Shown here: positions 23,234 to 33,438 of the stretch, piece after piece
Position numbering within the stretch: position 1 is the stretch's first letter
Layout: the number at the start of each line of letters is the position of its first letter
Source of the DNA: Lophium mytilinum
Taxonomy: Eukaryota
Length of the DNA: 64,000 nucleotides
Reading direction: 5' to 3'
Assembly (NCBI GenBank): GCA_010093605.1
Contig: MU004191.1
Span: 165,397 to 229,396, forward strand
Program-made: the position numbers and the translations under genes
Notes under the pieces: model-generated
Database searches by the model: none
What the model saw: only the letters and a program-made list of their open reading frames with translations
Told to the model about the DNA's origin: nothing

Positions 23234-25360
23234 ATGGTACGTACGGCGATCGCGTGTGCTTGGTGCAGGTACGTGAAAGAGGAGCCGGAATTTCCTGAGG
23301 TATTTCGCACGTGACCTTGAAATCTGCAATTCGCGAAGTGCAACTCTAATGAATGCTAAATGAGAATAGGAGATCTAAGATCAAGTGCATACATCAAGGA
23401 GAACCGCCATGTCGGAATTGTTTGAGGAATGGACGGACATCTCCAGGAGACTGCATCTTGTCCGGACCCATACACGCCATCAGGAGGAAGCGCTACAGAA
23501 CCCCTGTGCTATCCCATACGCCAACAAGTGTCGAGACCACCCATGAAGAGGGAGGTATTGATGCGCAAGACGCGACATGTACCTCGAATGTGTTGTCTCC
23601 CATCAACCCAAACGGTGGGGTCATCAACACGTTCAATGCTGCGTCGAGAACCGATATTCTTGACGCTGCGTCGAAATTCCATTCAAAATTCCCCGAGTTG
23701 AGCTTCTTACATCTGGGAACTTTCGATCTTGACTCCGAAGAGACTGGGAATGTCCTGTTTAAGGCTGCACTGCTGGCGCTGTGCTCAACCCGTCCAGATG
23801 TACACGCGAAGTACGTCAAATCCGCGCTCTCCAAAGTACTATTAGAACCACCAAGACTAGTCACAGTGCAGACTCTTCTCATACTTGCTATGTACGAATG
23901 GGGAGATGGAAGGGGATATGACGCATGGATGACCACTGGAACCGCAATTAGGATGATGCAATCCCTAGAGGCCATGAGAGGACCAATTCAACCCAATGAG
24001 TTGGAAGAAGAGATCTACAACCGTACTTTCTGGAGCTGTTTCATTATGGATCGACTCGTTCTCTGTGGAAAATGTCAGCCATTTACTCTTCCCCTGGACC
24101 AGATGAGCATTCATCTGCCTATTGGAGATCAAGACTTTGCGTTTGGGCAATGTTCGAGTCCGCGAATTTACATCAGCCATGTCCGCGGAGACCTGTGTAA
24201 TACCATCGAGTACAGCTACAGCATGTTAGTCAGGGGCTTCGATATTTGGGCCCGCATCCTGAAGTGGATTGTTAATGGCGGGAGGCGGCAACCCGGCATG
24301 ACGGTCCTCGCCAACTGTCCCTGGATGGCTGGATCGCCTTGGAAAGATCTATACGATGAGTTGGATGATTGGAGACAGCAGCAGCACCAGCGAATGAAGT
24401 ATCCCGAAGTTCAAATTGCTGGCCATGTATCACTTGGCCATGGAGAGCAATTTGCATTCATCAACTTGGTCTACTTTATCAGGTAAGCTCGATACTGTCA
24501 ATCCTCAGGCTTGACTAAATGTTGTAGTATTCTATTTCTTAGCCGGGAATATATCCCGTTTCTTCCAAAGCCTGAGTCGGAACCCGAGGGTCCAATTGAT
24601 CCGCCGCACCTAGAATCTGCTGCTCCTGCTGGCTGGTGGGCGGAGCGGGCTGATCAGCTCTTTAGCTCCGCGGCACACATTACGAATCTACTCCATCAGC
24701 TTGACGATCTTAACACGTCGCTGTTGACGCCTTTCTCCGGATTTTGTGCCTTTTCTGCAGCCATCATGAATGCCTATGTGTCGAGCTTCCCGCGAATGAA
24801 CTACGGGAAGTGTATTCCATTCTCAAAGAAATTGCTAGATGTCAATATCCAGTGGCTGTCGCGCTTCAAGGATGTCTGGAAGATGGGAAATGGATGGGTA
24901 CGTAATTGGCTCGCGTTGAGAGACACTACTAAGTTCTAAGCAGCTGAAAACGACGATACATGCTCAAAATCTCTATATCAAAGCTAGTAGAGATCACCAG
25001 CGTTTCCAAGGTAAAACGCGAGTGGACTTCGAAGCTTTAGAAGCCTCGATTCATGATTCTTCGGGAGTCTCGCCTATTCACGAGGACGACACTCGGATTG
25101 TAGAAACAGAAAACCATGGGATACAGGGCAGTAGTGCAGGCCATGAAACGGAGGCAGCACTTGGCTTGCAGCAACTATCTCATTCAAATAACGATCCACA
25201 ACAATCTTTACAGTCTCCAGAAGATATGTACTTTCCGCACGAGATTTCCATATTCAACCAATGGAATCAGGTATGGCCGCTCTGGGGTGAACAGCAATCT
25301 GGGCCATTAGCAATTGGAGGTTTCAATCTTGACTACAATCTCGAAATTCCGGGTCTTTAA
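23234..25360 (+). CDS. Zn(II)2Cys6 transcription factor with fungal TF middle homology region; 3 introns
   Basis: MVRTAIACAWCR, intron 23269..23369, then RSKIKCIHQGEPPCRNC..C; MHR motif EEIYNRTFWSCFIMDR; later exons ILFLSREYIPF and DFEALEASIHD. Confidence 0.9.
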
Positions 25361-25872
25361 ACTTGTGTCGACTGCTCAGCAAACAGTCCCGAGAAGTCAT
25401 TGAGTATCATCCGGCACAGTGCATTCGCAAAGTTGCAAACAGATCTCTTTCTAAGACCCAAGGTACAAGGCGCATCAAAATCGAGTCAACGATGAGGCCA
25501 AATCCTGCGTTTTTCCCTCGCAATTTTCACGAGAACAGACTTGGCTATGGATGCATTCGCATTTCCTTCACGACTGGCTGAAGATACGACAAGTGGGCCT
25601 TCGCTATGTAGTCCCGGGAAACAGAACTCTTTGGGAACCGCCTAGCGCCAGATGCACAGTCCATCCTTCAAATCCCAGTTACAAGGTTGTGGTCGCGGCT
25701 GAAGATAGGGTCTGGCTTAGGGAACCGGCATGCCTATCTATACCATTCACGAAGCTCATCTTCGAAATTACGCATGCTCATTTCAATCGGTACATATCAC
25801 AAGCATTCAACATGGCATCTCTTTCGATGAAACAGTCCACATACGCCGTCTTGCGTCATTCAACCCGTCATC

Positions 25873-26787
25873 ATGCAGTATCGGTCTCTCTGCTTTGTTT
25901 TCTTGGCTTTCTTTCAGATCCAAGTATATGCTGTATTAGGACCTCTCGGGCATAATAAAAATGGCACATTCATGGGTCTTACCATACCCCAATTTAAGCA
26001 GGACTTCTTCCTTGGGATTCCCTATGCTAAGCCGCTGACTGGAGAATACCGATCTCGATACCCTCGATCATTGACTTCGAAATTCCCAGGTGTCAAGGAT
26101 GCGACCAAGATTGGGTACACCTGTTCCGGGAAAGACAATGCTACTCTCTATAGCTTGAACGAAGACTGTTTGAACCTGAACATCATCAGGCCGTCCGACT
26201 ATCATACCACCAAGAGGTTTCCGGTCTTAGTGCAGTTGTATGGTGGCGCAGGGCAGACTGGGTCTACCAATTCCAATGGCAACAACATGACCTTCCTCGT
26301 CCAAAGGTCACAAGAGATGAACCAGCGCCAGAATGTCATCTCCGGCGATGTGGTGTTCAACAGCAACAGCCGACAAGACGCTAGAGTTATGTCTGCGGCT
26401 GGCATGGCTGTGTATAAGTATCAGTTTGCTACCCCGTCTTGGACGAGCAAAGAGGTCGCTCCAGAGGCGTATCTGGGCGCCGGCCACGTGACGAACCAGC
26501 GTTTCAGCTTCAATCTCCCGAATAACTTCACATTGCCGTGGTGCGGCTCCGGTGAGGCGCGAGCACGGCTGAAGGAAATGGCTTCGTCTATGACGGTGGC
26601 GTTTGTGGCGACGTTGGACCCGAATGAGCATGGCCGTAAGGACTTCACGTATTGGCCTGCGTATAACGAGAGTAGGAATGGAATTAACTTTGTGTTCAAG
26701 GATTCGGGATCGTGGGTGGAGGAGGTTACGTTTAGGGAAGAGGCGATAGATTGGTTGATTGAGACGCAGGCGGGGCGAGGCCAGTGA
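25873..26787 (+). CDS. Internally deleted secreted carboxylesterase (possible pseudogene or pseudoenzyme)
   Basis: Signal peptide, FLGIPYAKP, EDCLNLNI and PVLVQLYGG are fused directly to C-terminal motifs (GDVVF, GAGH, FVATLDPN, WPAY); NYR and GxSAG are absent. Confidence 0.75.
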   Translation: MQYRSLCFVFLAFFQIQVYAVLGPLGHNKNGTFMGLTIPQFKQDFFLGIPYAKPLTGEYRSRYPRSLTSKFPGVKDATKIGYTCSGKDNATLYSLNEDCLNLNIIRPSDYHTTKRFPVLVQLYGGAGQTGSTNSNGNNMTFLVQRSQEMNQRQNVISGDVVFNSNSRQDARVMSAAGMAVYKYQFATPSWTSKEVAPEAYLGAGHVTNQRFSFNLPNNFTLPWCGSGEARARLKEMASSMTVAFVATLDPNEHGRKDFTYWPAYNESRNGINFVFKDSGSWVEEVTFREEAIDWLIETQAGRGQ

Positions 26788-27083
26788 GGGAGACATAAAC
26801 TCATAGCGAAAGGAGAGCGAAATGCGACTCTCTCAACTACGATCTCAGGGATACATAATCTTAATAACCTAAGTATGCGAGAACTCACATGGAGCTATTT
26901 GTAGGCCTCGTCATTCACGTGTATTCTAAACGTTAACGATGGAGAGAAGTCCGTCTAACACTCACTTTACAATGGTATGATACTATCCCACCTCATCCTA
27001 TCATCCTCTCTCTTACGTTCAAAATCCAAGGACCAGCTGGAATCCCGCAGCACCTACTACAATACTCCTTTCACATCCCAATC

Positions 27084-28265
27084 CTACTTCCCAGCCGCGT
27101 CCTCGCTGTGGCTGAAATAGCCACTATCACTCCCCTTGACTCTCTCAACCGAACCCACAGGCACCGCAGTAGAGCTCCTCTCCCTAGACACTGCTCTATT
27201 GACGTCACCCTCAGACCCCGAGCCACCCGCCATAACCACCGGCTCTGGCGCCTTCAACCCAGCCCCCTTCCCCTTCTTCGCCTTCTTCGTAATAATATCC
27301 ATCAACGTCACCGGTGCCATCACCGTAAGACTATGACCGAGCGAACTCGACGACGACCCACTCCCGTTAGATAGCAGCGCCGGGCACGGCGGCGTCACCG
27401 TCTCAGCCTCCTCCTCACTTTCCCTCTCCGGCTCCTCTACAACCTGCGCAAGCGGAGACGAGCCAACCGTCTTCCGCCTCGTCGCGCTCGCCAGCAGCGC
27501 GCCCCAGAAATCCGTCTTGCCGCTCTTTTTCACGCCTCCATCACTCACGCCCTCCAGCTGCATCTCAAGCGTCGGCGCCGGGGGAGGCGGCGGCGGTGGC
27601 GGCGGCGGACACAAAGGGATAACCACCGCATCCACCTTCGCCGGCGTGTGGACGCCAAACTGCTTGCCCCACCTACACTCGCTGGGGTAATCGCACGTAT
27701 TCCAGCAATTCTTCGCTGGTCTCGCATCCAGCTCGCTCTCCGCCTCCGAGGATGAGGAGGACACCGAGTAGGCATCTGAACTAGCCGCGTCGATCATGCG
27801 CACGTCTTCGTCGCCCCCGCGCCGCCACTGGCCCCATGTCTTCCAGCCCTGGTAGTCGAACTCGCTGGCACAGGCGCGATGAGTGCGCACGCGGCGCGGG
27901 TTGACGGATTTGCGCCAGGACTTGATGGTCGTGGTGCCGGCGCAGAAGAAGTGGCCGTCGTCGAGGCAGCGGCGGGTGACGCCGAGTTGGTAGGTGCGGG
28001 AGCATTTATGGCATTGCCAGAGCCATTGGAGGGGGGAGGGCGGAGGGGGGCTTGATAGGGTCGTGGCTGAGGCGGCGGCTTTGGTGATGGCTCGCTGATT
28101 GAGAGAGGGGAATTCGGGCGTGATTGGGATGCGTGGGGAGAACGGGGATGGAGGAATGGAGAGGAGGGTTGGTTTGAAGGGGGCCGGGTGGACGGTCAGG
28201 CGGGCGGCTTTGGATTGAGGGCGTTTCTTGTTGCACGATTTGTTCGTGTCTGGGTGTTGTGCCAT
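27084..28265 (-). CDS. Hypothetical protein with Cys/His clusters (putative Zn-binding) and low-complexity tail
   Basis: 393-aa ORF with strong codon-like GC3; motifs WLWQCHKC, TRRCLDDGHFFC, CASEFDYQGW, CWNTCDYPSECRW. Confidence 0.75.
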   Translation of the reverse strand: MAQHPDTNKSCNKKRPQSKAARLTVHPAPFKPTLLSIPPSPFSPRIPITPEFPSLNQRAITKAAASATTLSSPPPPSPLQWLWQCHKCSRTYQLGVTRRCLDDGHFFCAGTTTIKSWRKSVNPRRVRTHRACASEFDYQGWKTWGQWRRGGDEDVRMIDAASSDAYSVSSSSSEAESELDARPAKNCWNTCDYPSECRWGKQFGVHTPAKVDAVVIPLCPPPPPPPPPPAPTLEMQLEGVSDGGVKKSGKTDFWGALLASATRRKTVGSSPLAQVVEEPERESEEEAETVTPPCPALLSNGSGSSSSSLGHSLTVMAPVTLMDIITKKAKKGKGAGLKAPEPVVMAGGSGSEGDVNRAVSRERSSTAVPVGSVERVKGSDSGYFSHSEDAAGK

Positions 28266-29596
28266 AATTTAACGTGGTAGCCTGAGCGGCTGATCGTTGC
28301 TTGGTATGTTTCGGATAGGGGATGATTGTTTAACTTTCGTACGGACGAGGTTTGAAACGAGTGAGTGCAGGATCGCAAAGGCCTGCTTTGCGAAAATCTA
28401 AATGAGGGAAATGCACAAGAAGCTCTTCAGGATCCAGTCCTATCGATATACACGGCAATTAATACGGAACGAAAGCAAGAAAAACGATGAGACATTGTAA
28501 TAGAGAAAATCAGTTGCCGGCGAACACCTTGTGATGGGTGACTCGCAGCAAAGACTCTTTGTCCGAAGATACACATCCTTGCTATTCAGTCCTTCTGACA
28601 CGGTCGAACAAAGAAAAGGTAAGAGTCAGATGGCTGAGGACAAAGATTGTTGCACTCGAGATTAGCGGCAGACGTCCTCTCTTTATTCATACTTGCTTCA
28701 CGTGACCATCTACGTAATGTGGCCATCTTGGTATGAGTGGCTTGGTTCTAGACTTTCGGTACTTGATTCCATGCTTTTAAACATGAAAGTTTTGTAAGTT
28801 GTAACCCATTTCAGGGTTTAACACATTAAAATGGGACCAACGCAATCCTACCAAAATAGCCACTTTATCTTAAAAGTGTTCCTTCGTGATGAGATAACTT
28901 CCCCGGGAAGGCGGGAAGTAGATCTTATGCGTGGACGCATGATATTAAGCACGTGACCCTTCAAGGTAAAGCGAAGTTTGAAGTGGGCCATGCCACGTGA
29001 CCTAGTCGGTGATTGGATATGTAAAATAGGTAGAGACGATTGTCCAGTGTATCTACCCTGCTTATTGGAAGACAGTGCAGAACCACGCTGAGAAAAGTGG
29101 TTTACGGACCTCGACAGTCGCCTACCTAGTCCGATACTAGTAATGCCTCAAGTGACTCAAGCAGTGATAGGCCAGTGTACACAAGTCTAGAGGATGTGTA
29201 CCTCTGGACTAACACTCTTTTCCCGCCTAGCGGGGATAAGGGTAGTTTGCGCTAAGACAAGGCCACCGGAAAGGTCGCGATCCTGACAATAATAGCAGAC
29301 TTTGAGGCGAAGATGAAGACTAAGAAATACAACCGACTCCATGGCACTTTGAGGGACGCGTCAGAGAGCAGCAAGACGCCTGAAGCGGGCAACACAAAAG
29401 TCAAACCTCAAGCCAACATACCCCCTGAACTTAATTGTAGCTCTTCCTACACCTTCGCCACTTTCCAAATATTCATAAGCTCACAAACGACATCCCTCGC
29501 ACATTCCATTATCTAGACATTGTAAATCTAGTAACAAGCTTTCACATTTGTCCTGACGCTGCGAATTAGACCACAGAATCGGAGTAAATATTGCAT

Positions 29597-29880
29597 GTAT
29601 GAGATGTACAAAATGGAGCTAGTCCGTGCGATTTGAAGTCGAGCTTGGAATGCTATTACCAGACGCTTTGAATTAGGGCGTGGAAAAGAGATTAATTTGA
29701 GGGTTGCGAGACGTATAAAATGGAGCCAGTCCGTGCGATTTGAAGTCGATCTTGGCATATTATTGCCAGACGCTTCGAATAAGGGCGTAGAGAATGGATT
29801 AATATAAAGGTTATGAGATGTATAAAGTGGAGCCAGTCCGTACAATTTTGAAGACATTTTGGGCATACTATTGCAAGAGA
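29597..29880. repeat. Diverged 107-bp tandem repeat, ~2.6 copies
   Basis: TGGAGC(C/T)AGTCCGT recurs at 29614, 29721 and 29828 (period 107), and the flanks align. Confidence 0.9.
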
Positions 29881-30783
29881 AGCCAGATCAAACTTTGTAT
29901 TTCGGGCTCGACTGAGAGCCTAAAGTAAGTCCGATGACCTACAGCCTTGATCAGCAGTAATCAGCAAAGGTCCTATGCGCCAAAGATTCCCTAGTCAACA
30001 AATCCTCTAGAATCCTCTAAAATCCTACCTAGCTGAAGCACTACACAGCCAAGCAGCTCTACGCATTCCCCCTTTCTATGTAGCGATCATAGATAAGAAA
30101 TTCCTTGGCTGGCAACTCGATGCCCGCTTAGCACTCGATTTCCAGACTCATGCCCAGTATAGTGACATCACCACCGCGATCGCCGTACCACAATCCGGGG
30201 TGCAGGTGATAAGGAGCGGAGAAAGATGGCGAAGAGGAAAGGCCGTCTCAGCTTTCCCATGAAGGGATTCTAAGCGGTGCCAAGACTGCCGATCGGCTTG
30301 GCAGCGATAAGGTCAGGCACGTGATCCGGGGTTTAAGGTGGGTTGCTGTGATTCCACTATGTCACCACTGTGAGGGATTTCCTGCGCCGTGGGACAGGTG
30401 GAGTCGTGTCTCACGCGGTCGGGGGCCTGGCAGGGACCTGGGTAGCGGGAGGAGGGGGCTGTGGAGAGCTCTGGTGGAACAAGTGAATTGCGCGTTCTGT
30501 TTCACGATGCACGGCACTTGGGTGTGAAGTGAATATGTAATATGTACAAGGGAATAGATTGCCGGCGTCAGCCAGTGGTGGTAAATAGTTCAAACAATAT
30601 ATGCTCACATAACACAGGCGCCAACGTACGTCTCCATGTCCTTCAACTCGGATAGCATACCCCAGCCCATTCAAATGAGACCGGCTACATTTCCGAATAG
30701 TGACAGTAACAATATATGGTATCCAACTCCTAACATGCTCAAACCCAGCCAACGATCACAATAACGGGAACTCTATTTTTAGA

Positions 30784-32564
30784 TCACTCTCCGTGGTCAA
30801 CCTTCTCCGCCGCGACACCGTGGCGGTCGCCGCCAATGCCGGTGTGCTGCTCGCCACTGCTCTCGCTGGGTTCCTTGCCCTCTAGCATCTGGCTGTGCTG
30901 CGAGATACCGTGACGGTCACCCTGGGGGATGTTGTGTTCGGAATGGGAGGGTTCCTTCTGGGCTGGGGTCCAGGCGAGATAGTCGCGGCGGACCTCCACG
31001 TAGTCGTAAGCAAACTCGCCGAGCTGGTCATCGTCCATGCCGAGGAGCTCGGCCTCTTCAGAGGCGCGGAGCTTGAGGCCAGGGATGTAGTTGATGGCGT
31101 AGGCGAGGATGGCGCTGACAACGAAGGCATACGCGGTGACGGCGATGATGTAGGCAAACTGAATGTAGAGCTGCTTGTAGTTGTGTTGGATCCAGCCACC
31201 GTTGAAGAGGCCTGTGTTGACACCATCGAGGCCGATGATGTAGCTGGCGCCGAAGATACCGTTGGCGAGAAGGCCGACCATTCCAGCGACGCCGTGCTCA
31301 GCGAACACGTCGAGGGCATCATCGATCTTGATCCAGAACTTGACTGTGATGTTGTTAGCTTATACTAGGTTTGGAGAGAGAATAAGACGTACTCTTAGTC
31401 GCAAAATTGCATACGACACCGGTCACGATGCCGAGAACAACACTGCCCCAGGGGGTGATGAAACCAGACGCAGGAGTAGCGGCAACGAGACCAGAGATGC
31501 AGCCTGAGCACCAGCCGACCATGGACCACTTTCGGGCCAATCGCCAATCGAGCAGAACCCAAGTGGCGGCACCGAACATCGCAGTCAAGTTGGAGTTCCA
31601 GCAGGCCATGGTCGCGCGCAGGTTGGCACCGAAAGACGATCCGCCGTTGAAGCCCAACCATCCAAACCAGAGCAGCACCGTTCCGAGGGTGATCAAAGAC
31701 ACGTTGTGAGGGCGGAAGTTGAGCATCATCTTCTCCTGGCGTCTACCAAGGACCATTGAGTAGGCCAGGGCAGACATACCGGAAACGATCTCGACAGGTC
31801 CGCCGCCCGCGTAGTCCAACACCCCCCACTTGAAAGCCCACCCATTGACGTTCCAGACCCAGCAGGCCACCGGGCAGTAGACGATTGTAGCCCAAGCGAA
31901 GATGAAGACCATCATGGGGATGAGGCGGCCGCGTTCGGCGGTGGCTCCAACGACGATAGCGGCGGTAACGGCGCAGAATTGCATCTGGAGAGGGGGTTAG
32001 TTCGAGCTGCGAGAATGACGGGATCCTGAGAGAGCTTACCTGGTAGAAAGCGTATAGAAGGTCGGGGATCAAAGGACTTCCCGGGCTGGGGGCGCCCAGA
32101 GTCTTCATGAGGCCGAATTTTGAGAGATCGCCGATGAAGCCGCTGGTGCCATACTGGCTGAATGCGAGCGAGTAACCCCAGAAGTACCATTGGAATGTGA
32201 TGACGGAGCAGGAGCCCATGCAGGCCCAAATAAGAGACAGAGCAGACTTTCTGCGTGCGAGGCCGGAGTAGAGGAATCCTAGACCCGGCACCATGACCAA
32301 CACCATCGCCGAAGCAATGATGATGTAGGCCTGGTCGCCAGACTGGTACCATTGATTGAGATTCTCGGAGTCTGCAGCTGAGCGTCAGTACTTGTGACCA
32401 GCAAAATGTTGCGAGTGGCAATGGGGTTTTTGAAAAAGTAGCCGTCTAGCTCGCTTTCACGTGTCAGACGTAGGACAGTGCTGGCGTCACATACCGGAAT
32501 CACCACCAAGGAATTCGTTTGTGCCATTGAAGGCGGTAGGGGGCCCCACCCACGAGTAGGACAT
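30784..32564 (-). CDS. meaA: Ammonium transporter (Amt/Mep), Mep1/Mep3/MeaA-like; 3 introns
   Basis: GGDS..ENLNQWY, PGLGFLYSGLARRKSAL, AERGR, DYAGGGPVE (Glu at the first twin-His position), LWFGWLGFNGGS, FAEHG, GMDDDQLGEFAYDY. Confidence 0.92.
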
Positions 32565-32777
32565 GTTTTAAGGAGGGTGCTCGAGGGAGCTGTGTATTAC
32601 AAGAGAAGTATCAACGAGGCGAGACGAAAGGGTAAGAAGCCTTGGACAAGGTGTGAGGGCAGCGAGAAGGGCTGCACCGAGTATAAGAATGGCGGAAGAC
32701 GCTGGCTTGGATCGACACGGCAGTACCGGCGGCTTTTAAGTTCATGATGCTTTCCACAGCATGGGCTCTGTCACCAG

Positions 32778-33438
32778 CTTATCGCCCTGGTTCAGCCCAG
32801 CAGCATCCCCCCCTGCTGCGGCAAAATAAACTAGGCGAGCTGGAGCTTTCCCCCAAACACGACGTGGGGTCGCGCCGGCAGCATCGTACAGATCTCAAGG
32901 ACCTTTGCTTTTCGGGGATCGGATCAGCCTGGCGTCAGTCTGCATTGCGGTCCCTTGGCCGGTGGCCCAATGGCAGCGGCCCCTAAACCATGCCGTCAGC
33001 CCCAAGTGGGAGCCTCTGGCCGGCCAGACACACTGCGACATGCAGGAAAACTCTTGCGGCCACACCCACGCGTGCAGACGAGCCCCTCGAACCCCCAATT
33101 GCAGCCACGCTGCTGACAGGGCGCGCTGTCGCAGCTCTCGACGCCTCGAGACGCCGCCGACAGGCTTCCCCAGAGCGCAGCGGCATCGAAGCCTCGACGG
33201 CGGAGGCCTTGGCGCGGGACTGTCGTTGAGCGGGTCCTTATCTTTCGGCGTTTTCGTTGATCACCTCCTTACGCAAGGCCGCCCGCCAGCGCTGCAATTG
33301 GCCGCCAGCCGATTCTGCGCACTGAAAGCGGCGCAAATGCCCAGCTTTTAGCCTTCGTCCCCGCCAGGAGGGTGCTGCCAAGACTAACTTCATTGACGAC
33401 GAGCGAACCAAGGGCCACCGTTTAGAAGTAAAGATAAG
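32778..33438. promoter_or_regulatory. GATAAG (AreA/Nit2-type) sites upstream of the ammonium transporter
   Basis: CTTATC at 32778 and 33237, GATAAG at 33433; these fit the known nitrogen regulation of Mep genes, but 6-mers have low specificity. Confidence 0.4.

Noticed and set aside
1..27000. Starship or other large mobile element carrying the accessory block
   Set aside because: No DUF3435 tyrosine recombinase, transposase or clear termini within the window; it cannot be excluded beyond the left edge.
29597..29880. CRISPR-like array
   Set aside because: The whole unit repeats with no unique spacers, there are no cas genes, and the context is eukaryotic.
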